Origin: a virus
Taxonomy: Duplodnaviria > Caudoviricetes
IMG/VR virus record: IMGVR_UViG_3300042483_000388
Reading direction: 5' to 3' (one strand)
DNA: 64,000 bases
In this document: positions 57,759 through 64,000 of the stretch, one piece after another
How the letters are laid out: each line of letters begins with the position of its first letter
Numbering within the stretch: position 1 is the first letter of the stretch
Position numbers and translations under genes: made by a program
The notes under the pieces: model-generated
Told to the model about the DNA's origin: nothing
Seen by the model: the letters and a program-made list of their open reading frames with translations, nothing else
Database searches by the model: none

Positions 57759-58082
57759 ATGACAGATAAAGATATTAGAAATTACGGGGAAATACAATAC
57801 CTGAAAGGTAGAATAGACGAGTTAAATAAAGCATTACCAACAATCTCCAACATAGATAGAAAAAGAAAGTTGGATCAAAGAATTGAAAAGTATCATCAAA
57901 AATTAAAAAATGTTGATGAGGTTGCTTATCACTTATATCAAGTAGAATTATTAAACAGATTTAAATCTAAAGAAAAATCAAAAAAAGAAATTAAAGATTT
58001 ATTAGAGCAAATTTTAATTAATGAAACAATACTTAATGATGATATACTTGATAGGATAAAAAAACAGATTGATAGTTATTAA
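57759..58082 (+). CDS. Hypothetical coiled-coil protein
   Basis: ORF track. Confidence 0.65.
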   Translation: MTDKDIRNYGEIQYLKGRIDELNKALPTISNIDRKRKLDQRIEKYHQKLKNVDEVAYHLYQVELLNRFKSKEKSKKEIKDLLEQILINETILNDDILDRIKKQIDSY

Positions 58083-58114
58083 GTTGGTTATCAACCGTAT
58101 TCATAAACAGACAC

Positions 58115-58204
58115 ATGGCATTAGCGTGTCTAATAATTGCCATGGTATCGTTTATATTTTTGCCACATCAAATGATTGTGACACTTGGAGAATTAATAAC
58201 TTAA
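58115..58204 (+). CDS. Possible 29-aa hydrophobic peptide; absent from ORF track
   Basis: MALACLIIAMVSFIFLPHQMIVTLGELIT. Confidence 0.3.
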   Translation: MALACLIIAMVSFIFLPHQMIVTLGELIT

Positions 58205-58220
58205 ATTAAATTAAATAAAA

Positions 58221-58613
58221 ATGAAAATGAAAACACTTAAAACAACGATGTTATTCATAGGGATATCGGTAACATCATTTGCACAAAACTTTAAAGGACT
58301 AGACTCTGTTAGTTATGTAAAAGGTGAAGACCTATTCATAACCAAGGTCGATAATCTAGATGAGGCGTTGCGTATATCAATGCGTGTAATTGACAATAAT
58401 GACGTAGACACAAACTCTGTAGATGTTGAACGGGATTCTGAGGTACCAATATATATATTTTGGGAGGACAGAAAAAACAAAGAAAGGGTCTACCTATTCT
58501 TTTGTCATAAGAACAAAGAGGGTGGATACAACGTAGCTGTTCTTCACAAAGACAATGTTTATTCAGAATTCACGGGCTTCGGCACTTATATATACAGATA
58601 TGACCCAAAATAA
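58221..58613 (+). CDS. Secreted hypothetical protein
   Basis: Signal peptide ending SFAQ. Confidence 0.65.
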   Translation: MKMKTLKTTMLFIGISVTSFAQNFKGLDSVSYVKGEDLFITKVDNLDEALRISMRVIDNNDVDTNSVDVERDSEVPIYIFWEDRKNKERVYLFFCHKNKEGGYNVAVLHKDNVYSEFTGFGTYIYRYDPK

Positions 58614-58744
58614 ATCATGGAACGACCTGACAACGGAAGATAAGATCTACCGAACGGGATGTGCAGTCAGAGTCGTGCGACATATATAACCGTATCTTCT
58701 TTACGAGACTTGATAGAATAAAAAAAACAAATTGAGAGTTATTG

Positions 58745-58978
58745 ATGAAAACCAAAATCCATGTGAACCAACATCACATCAGATCCAACAAAACAAAAGA
58801 CACCGATCTTCCGGTTATTACAATTAAACAAGGTAGAAAGAACACATATTGTAATGAGGTTGAAATACTAGGGCCAAGTAGAATAAAGTATTGTGGAAGT
58901 GGGGATAAAAAACCATTAATTAGTTGTGGGGCAAGAGTTGTAATAGAAACAGAAAGTGAAATAAAAATAATAAGTTAA
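58745..58978 (+). CDS. Hypothetical phage protein (IHVNQH.IR.N...L.CGARV.IET)
   Basis: Motif pattern I associate with a conserved phage family. Confidence 0.7.
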   Translation: MKTKIHVNQHHIRSNKTKDTDLPVITIKQGRKNTYCNEVEILGPSRIKYCGSGDKKPLISCGARVVIETESEIKIIS

Positions 58979-59141
58979 TGAAAACAAATATGGATAAAGA
59001 CATAAATATGAGATTATTAGAGAAAGAAAATAACATCAGTAAAGTTGTTGACAGATATTTAAGGATGAAACTAAAAAGAGGGGTCAAAAAAATAACGGGA
59101 ATAAGAATAAAGTAATCTGAAAATAAAAATAGTTAATTAAG

Positions 59142-59174
59142 ATCCTCCACTTGTAAAGATGGGGGATTTTTTTT
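59142..59174 (+). terminator. Rho-independent terminator
   Basis: ATCCTCCA...TGGGGGAT plus T-run. Confidence 0.75.
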
Positions 59175-59180
59175 ATATTA

Positions 59181-59459
59181 GTGGTAATGAAAGACCTAAC
59201 TGGATATATAGAATCATTGCTCGAAAGCGTTAACAACACCTGTGAGGTAAATTATGTAAACAATATCTACGAGGTTAATGTTATAAGAGACTATCGTAAT
59301 TGTGAGGAGAGATATAAAATTATGGTTTACCTTAATCATAATATAGTAATGGGCATAATGAAAAATTTAAAAGTATATCTTCCAAAATCATTATATGTTA
59401 TTAGAGTTAAAGAAATTAATATCCCAATATCATTTATACCACTACATTATGCAAAGTAA
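59181..59459 (+). CDS. Hypothetical protein
   Basis: ORF track. Confidence 0.55.
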   Translation: MVMKDLTGYIESLLESVNNTCEVNYVNNIYEVNVIRDYRNCEERYKIMVYLNHNIVMGIMKNLKVYLPKSLYVIRVKEINIPISFIPLHYAK

Positions 59460-59727
59460 ATTAGAACATAAGGTGGAAAAATACTTCAAGATGGTAAATC
59501 CATTACCCTATGGTGATATTAAGGTAATTATAAAAGACCCAATGGGGATTTGTCTGATCACAATATATGTTAGCAGACATGAGATGTCATGGAAATATTA
59601 CGGAAGAAAAGGAAAAGATTATACGATGTTAGAACAGATAAGGCAGGATATGGAATATATGTTTCCTTATTGTTTTAAAATATCGTGCGAAGTAATTGAA
59701 TATAAGATTAACCCATATATAAAGTAA
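59395..59727 (+). CDS. Hypothetical protein (true start probably the downstream MQSK)
   Basis: ORF track. Confidence 0.5.
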   Translation: MLLELKKLISQYHLYHYIMQSKLEHKVEKYFKMVNPLPYGDIKVIIKDPMGICLITIYVSRHEMSWKYYGRKGKDYTMLEQIRQDMEYMFPYCFKISCEVIEYKINPYIK

Positions 59728-59753
59728 TAGTGGGGATTTTTTATACATAAGGA

Positions 59754-59760
59754 TATTTAT
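59754..59760 (+). promoter_or_regulatory. TATTTAT motif
   Basis: 5 nt before ATG59766. Confidence 0.6.
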
Positions 59761-59765
59761 CATAT

Positions 59766-60389
59766 ATGAACCTACAAGAAGACATACAAAGAATTAAATC
59801 AATGATGGGATTATTGATTGAATCTACAGATAAATTATCATCTATGAGTGATGATACGGTTTTAGTCAGTGACTATGTGAAAAATCACATCAAAGACCAT
59901 AACAAATTTGGAACAGGATCTACTTTTAGAGAGGGTATTTCTGATGAAGAAATTATGAATTTTGTCAATCAAGTAATTAGTAATCAAGAACTTGGTGATG
60001 GTGGAGCTTTTGAAATTGAGGTTCCTGATATAGGATTTGATCTTGTCTTACCATATGAAGACGCTAAAAAATTAGAGAACGCCGAAGAATCATCAACGAT
60101 CAAAAAAGAAGGGCCAAATGAAATTGAAGTTCCATTGATAATAACTTCTCAATCGGCTGATGACTTCAAGACAAATAAATTAACTTTGGTTATTAGAAAA
60201 TCTAATCCTCAGTTTCTTCCTGATGATGTTAAAGAAGATGAAGAATTATTAAATAAAATAAATGATGGTAAAGTCTATTCGTTATTAACGGCATTCCCTG
60301 GTAACCCAAATATACCAAGAGCGTCTGAATGGAACGGACAATACGCGGTTGTTGAACCTAAAAAAGAAGAAAGACTAGATATTCAATAA
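59766..60389 (+). CDS. Leader-bearing hypothetical protein
   Basis: MNLQEDIQRIKSMMGLLIES. Confidence 0.7.
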   Translation: MNLQEDIQRIKSMMGLLIESTDKLSSMSDDTVLVSDYVKNHIKDHNKFGTGSTFREGISDEEIMNFVNQVISNQELGDGGAFEIEVPDIGFDLVLPYEDAKKLENAEESSTIKKEGPNEIEVPLIITSQSADDFKTNKLTLVIRKSNPQFLPDDVKEDEELLNKINDGKVYSLLTAFPGNPNIPRASEWNGQYAVVEPKKEERLDIQ

Positions 60390-61117
60390 TGAACCTACAA
60401 GAGAACATATCAAGGATTAAATCAATGATGGGATTAAATGAGGTATCAAATCCATATTCTATTACTTGGTTAGAACCAACAAGAGAATATTTTAACCAAG
60501 AGTTAGAGGAGTTACTTGGAAATGAGATGAGGTTTAGTAAAAATGAGTTCTTCCACCCACAAAATTACGATTTAATGTATTCCATATTTCCACATACATT
60601 TAAAATGATTGCGGAACACTCAAAAGGATCTGACGTAGAAAACGAAGAAGAGATTAAAGACATTCTATTAGATAAGGAAATATCTGATTTAATGGATGAT
60701 TGGAAGGATTTTAGACAAGTTCTATTAAAAGATAATCAATCACAAATGGAAGGGGTTAATTTGTTTAATAAAGGTATAATGGAAGAATGGGATGATGACA
60801 AAATAAATAACACATTTTATATGGGCAGATTCTCAAAAGAGTTTCCAGGAATGTTTAAAGATACCACATCATCAGGCTTAATTAAACAAATGACAGGTGA
60901 TGATGGGGAAGTTAAACAACACCACAAAGGTTATGTCGATAACATAGAAAAGTTAAGAAACGAAAAACATAGAGAACTCCCAGCACCATTTGTAATGAAA
61001 TTACCAACAGGTGGAAGAGAAGGAAATGAATATACATTAATTGGTGGTCACAAACGATCAACAATTGCCGACCAACTAAACGTGCCAATATCAGTTTGGT
61101 TTATAGATCTATCGTAA
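60389..61117 (+). CDS. Leader-bearing protein with C-terminal ParB/Srx-like motif
   Basis: MNLQENISRIKSMMGLNE; PAPFV...YTLIGGHKR. Confidence 0.6.
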   Translation: MNLQENISRIKSMMGLNEVSNPYSITWLEPTREYFNQELEELLGNEMRFSKNEFFHPQNYDLMYSIFPHTFKMIAEHSKGSDVENEEEIKDILLDKEISDLMDDWKDFRQVLLKDNQSQMEGVNLFNKGIMEEWDDDKINNTFYMGRFSKEFPGMFKDTTSSGLIKQMTGDDGEVKQHHKGYVDNIEKLRNEKHRELPAPFVMKLPTGGREGNEYTLIGGHKRSTIADQLNVPISVWFIDLS

Positions 61118-61446
61118 TGAACCTACAAGAGAACATAAGAAGAATAATAAGAGAAGAGTCGGGACTTAGTCCAAGGTTACTTAGAAGAGTTCCTATGGAT
61201 AAGTTAGAGAAGTCTTTTGGACACGCATTAAAACAAGCAACAATAAAGTATTATAGATATCGACCCATATTAAATGATGATTACAAATTACATTTTTTTA
61301 CAAAGGAAGTTGTAGAATTATTATTAGATTCAATATCGCATTTAATGTATCCAACAATAAAAGGGTCGTGGTATGATGAAGAGTTTTCAAATGTAAAAAA
61401 ACACTTCAAAGATAGAATAACAGAATGGTTGGAAACCTTAGATTAA
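61117..61446 (+). CDS. Leader-bearing hypothetical protein
   Basis: MNLQENIRRIIREES; start moved to 61117. Confidence 0.65.
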   Translation: MNLQENIRRIIREESGLSPRLLRRVPMDKLEKSFGHALKQATIKYYRYRPILNDDYKLHFFTKEVVELLLDSISHLMYPTIKGSWYDEEFSNVKKHFKDRITEWLETLD

Positions 61447-61464
61447 TTAAGAGTATATAATTGT

Positions 61465-61494
61465 GATCCTCCATTGTAGAATGGAGAATTTTTT
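61465..61494 (+). terminator. Probable terminator
   Basis: CTCCATT-GTAG-AATGGAG plus T-run; resembles 59142 terminator. Confidence 0.6.
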
Positions 61495-61495
61495 G

Positions 61496-61503
61496 TATAT
61501 TTG
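61496..61503 (+). promoter_or_regulatory. TAnnTTTG element
   Basis: TATATTTG, 39 nt before ATG61543. Confidence 0.55.
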
Positions 61504-61542
61504 TAAGGTAGTCAGTTATTAATCTCTAAAAAAAAATATACC

Positions 61543-62148
61543 ATGAAAACAACACTCGCACAACTTGTTACGGAATTCTCAATGGGAAACACAACACTTG
61601 AAGGTTTTGATGTCCCAAAAGAAATATTTCTTGAGTTAATGATAAAATACTTTAATGATAAGAACTCTTCAACATTACGAGAAGAAGTAATGTGTTATAT
61701 TAGTGGACAAGAACCAAACCCAAACAAACTTGGTTATGACGGAAAAGGAACAGTTGCTGAGAAAAAACCAAAAAACTATGACACAACAAACCCTAAAGCA
61801 AAGAAGTTGAGTGGTGCTGGTAATTACTCTGACATGACATTAAAAAGAAATGATAACTTTATTAATGATAATGCTATAATTCATATTGGTGGTTTTGTGG
61901 ATGGTAAGTTAGCGTACCAATTCAAAGTTCCTTACGTTGGTCTTAGTGATCACTTTAAAAAACAATTAGACAAACGTTTACCTGATGGTGACAAACCAAA
62001 TCATTACTTAAGAAGTATGAATTTTTCATTACCCGCATTAAAATTATGTGAAAATGTTGAGTTGGAGTTTTTAACACCAAATATTGATCGGTACAGTGGA
62101 TTTATGACAAAAACTCTCTATACTTATCTTAAGAAACTTAAAGGATGA
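61543..62148 (+). CDS. Candidate type II restriction endonuclease
   Basis: LGYDG...AEKK resembles PD-(D/E)xK; overlaps the methyltransferase start. Confidence 0.45.
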   Translation: MKTTLAQLVTEFSMGNTTLEGFDVPKEIFLELMIKYFNDKNSSTLREEVMCYISGQEPNPNKLGYDGKGTVAEKKPKNYDTTNPKAKKLSGAGNYSDMTLKRNDNFINDNAIIHIGGFVDGKLAYQFKVPYVGLSDHFKKQLDKRLPDGDKPNHYLRSMNFSLPALKLCENVELEFLTPNIDRYSGFMTKTLYTYLKKLKG

Positions 62149-62960
62149 TGAATGAGATAAAGTTAGGTGATGTATTAGAAGTATTAAGAGCTTTAGAGGA
62201 CAACAGTGTAGACATGGGAGTGACTTCACCACCGTACAACAAGAAGAAAAATAAAAAAGGTGGATTGGTAAAAGATATTAAGTACACAGACATTGAGGAC
62301 CATTTACCTGAGGACCAATACCAAGAAGAACAGATTGAGATTTTAAATGAACTATACAGGATTATGAAACCTGGTGGGTCATTTTTCTATAACCATAAGA
62401 TTAGATGGGAAGAAGGAAAAATGATTCACCCGATGGAGTGGGTAATAAAATCTGATTGGACATTAAAACAAGAAATTGTTTGGGATAGATCACTGGCAGC
62501 AAACATTAGAGGGTGGAGATTTTGGCAGGTAGAAGAAAGAATCTATTGGTTATACAAACCAAGGAATAATAAAGATAATGGAGACGAGTTACTATCCAAA
62601 CATGCATTACTAACATCGGTGTGGAGATTACGCCCTGAGATGAGGAAAGGGACTGTCTCCAATCATCCGGCACCATTCCCAATAGAAATCCCTACACGAT
62701 GTATATATTCAATCTTAGATAATAAAAAGGACTGCGTCATTATAGATCCGTATATGGGTAGTGGGACAACAGGTGTAGTATCAAAACTATTGGGACATAA
62801 GTATATTGGTATAGATATCTCCAAGACTTATATAGAACAAGCAAACAATAGGATAGAGAACATAACAGAGAAAGAGATTAATGATTTTAATAATGAGATA
62901 TCTCTACACTTTGTAACTAAAACCTATAAGGACAGAAAGAAAGAGAAAGGTATAGAGTAA
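62145..62960 (+). CDS. Site-specific DNA amino-methyltransferase, beta class (N4-C or N6-A)
   Basis: VTSPPY (motif IV), HPAPFP, IDPYMGSGTTG (motif I), GIDIS. Confidence 0.92.
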   Translation: MMNEIKLGDVLEVLRALEDNSVDMGVTSPPYNKKKNKKGGLVKDIKYTDIEDHLPEDQYQEEQIEILNELYRIMKPGGSFFYNHKIRWEEGKMIHPMEWVIKSDWTLKQEIVWDRSLAANIRGWRFWQVEERIYWLYKPRNNKDNGDELLSKHALLTSVWRLRPEMRKGTVSNHPAPFPIEIPTRCIYSILDNKKDCVIIDPYMGSGTTGVVSKLLGHKYIGIDISKTYIEQANNRIENITEKEINDFNNEISLHFVTKTYKDRKKEKGIE

Positions 62961-63145
62961 GAGTGTAATAATTACCTTCATATTAATAACGAGAGTAATC
63001 TTTACCTTTGTATAATACTTTTACAGATCTATAAAGTATATGTGGTAATTATTGGGACATATCTTAAACAGTAATGTATAAATCGTTTACATGATAAGGT
63101 TCTCATGTATAGAAAGTTTACATTAAACAGTTTAATCCTATAACT

Positions 63146-63715
63146 TTATAATTGATTGTAATAACTAATTGTTTGATTCCAAATACCACATTTATTTCCG
63201 TAGAATTCGAATACCGAATTCCAAAACAAAAAATCTTTTTGATTAACTCCGTCTATGTGTTTGCTTGGCCATTTACATTCAGTTAAACAAGAATGGTGAG
63301 ATATAACATTACCTGTATCAATTCTACCATAGACAGGTTTACTAGCAATAAGTCTTAACTTACCATCTTTATTGATCTGTTCACCAATTAACATACCTCT
63401 AAAATTATGTTCAACACACTCCAAATATTTCATATACATATTTTCGTGAAAAATAGTATCATCATCTAAAAAACAAAAGTAACCATCATTTATAGTTTCA
63501 AGGGCTACATTTCGTTTAGATGTTGTATCAGTATCTTCACAATCAACATTATATAATCTAATTCTTTTATCTTTATTTAAAAAATCATAATTTAAATCTT
63601 CTCGTTTATTTGATTTTGAAATGTGCCAAGTTATATCTTCACCCATTAAAATAGAATTATATACTTTCTCAACTAAATTAAAACGATAAAGTGGAGTTAT
63701 AATGTGTAATGTCAT
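63146..63715 (-). CDS. Glycosyltransferase family 2-like, similar to 34587-35168
   Basis: IITPLYR, FLDDD, IDTG, KDF. Confidence 0.7.
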   Translation of the reverse strand: MTLHIITPLYRFNLVEKVYNSILMGEDITWHISKSNKREDLNYDFLNKDKRIRLYNVDCEDTDTTSKRNVALETINDGYFCFLDDDTIFHENMYMKYLECVEHNFRGMLIGEQINKDGKLRLIASKPVYGRIDTGNVISHHSCLTECKWPSKHIDGVNQKDFLFWNSVFEFYGNKCGIWNQTISYYNQL

Positions 63716-63999
63716 TGGGTATATATTTTAAATTTGGACAAATCAGGATATGGTAATTCAATATCCTCATTTATTACTTTATTACCTTTATAATCATAAA
63801 ATTGATTCATCATTAACAAACCTCTTACCGATATTTCAGGCATCATATAAAAATTCCAACCTAACATATCAAGTTCATCGTCGTGATAAGAACATTCATT
63901 ACGACCACTAAATCTTGCACGTTTAAACCATTCATAAGCTTTAACATCATCAGTCAGTATTGCACCACCTTTTGATAATTTTAAATGCTTATATGCACC
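63712..63999 (-). CDS. C-terminal part of a DegT/DnrJ/EryC1/StrS sugar aminotransferase (truncated by window edge; absent from ORF track)
   Basis: Translated by hand: AYKHLKLSKGGAILTDD...FKRARFSGR...GWNFYMMPE. Confidence 0.7.
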   Translation of the reverse strand, partial: GAYKHLKLSKGGAILTDDVKAYEWFKRARFSGRNECSYHDDELDMLGWNFYMMPEISVRGLLMMNQFYDYKGNKVINEDIELPYPDLSKFKIYTQ

Positions 64000-64000
64000 T

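Noticed and set aside
58600-58740. GC-richer intergenic stretch with a possible 29-aa ORF or structured RNA
   Set aside because: No convincing hairpin, promoter motif or recognisable peptide.
62961-63145. AT-rich convergent intergenic region as an origin or regulatory locus
   Set aside because: No iterated repeats or clear hairpin seen.
1-64000. cas genes, integrase, transposase, tRNA or rRNA genes
   Set aside because: None recognised by eye: no paired RxxxxH HEPN protein of Cas13 size, no Cas1/Cas2 motifs, no cloverleaf with T-loop. A tRNAscan or HMM run could still find something.
1-64000. Bacterial chromosome or eukaryotic giant virus as source
   Set aside because: No housekeeping operons; dense one-strand ORFans, several peptidoglycan hydrolases and Bacteroidota promoter elements fit a large bacteriophage better, though hallmark structural genes are outside the window.

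Overview
AT-rich (about 30% GC by eye), gene-dense window, almost all on the + strand. It reads as an accessory region of a very large (jumbo/huge) tailed phage of a Bacteroidota host. No capsid, terminase or polymerase hallmark gene is in the window, so phage origin is inferred from gene content: thyA, several endolysin-type genes, an RNA ligase, a PcfJ-domain protein and many short ORFans. The host is inferred from Bacteroidota-type TAnnTTTG promoters and a T9SS-sorted protein. Main observations: (1) a CRISPR-like array of 36-bp repeats and mostly 30-bp unique spacers (6806-7327), whose repeat resembles type VI-B (Cas13b) direct repeats, lies entirely in frame inside a protein-coding gene, with no cas gene in the window; (2) about 30 otherwise unrelated proteins share three families of short N-terminal leaders ending in [I/L/M]-x-E, and several large ORFs are strings of such modules, suggesting a capsid-targeting, protease-processed cargo system; (3) two promoter-like motifs divide the genes into two classes, and both often sit only 4-5 nt before the start codon; (4) further items are a T9SS cargo protein, a cyanophycin synthetase N-domain with intact hydrolase motif, a dispersed RNA-repair set, a gene-cassette run with shared junctions, glycosyltransferase clusters and a candidate type II R-M pair. 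All family assignments come from motif recognition by eye; no database search was run.
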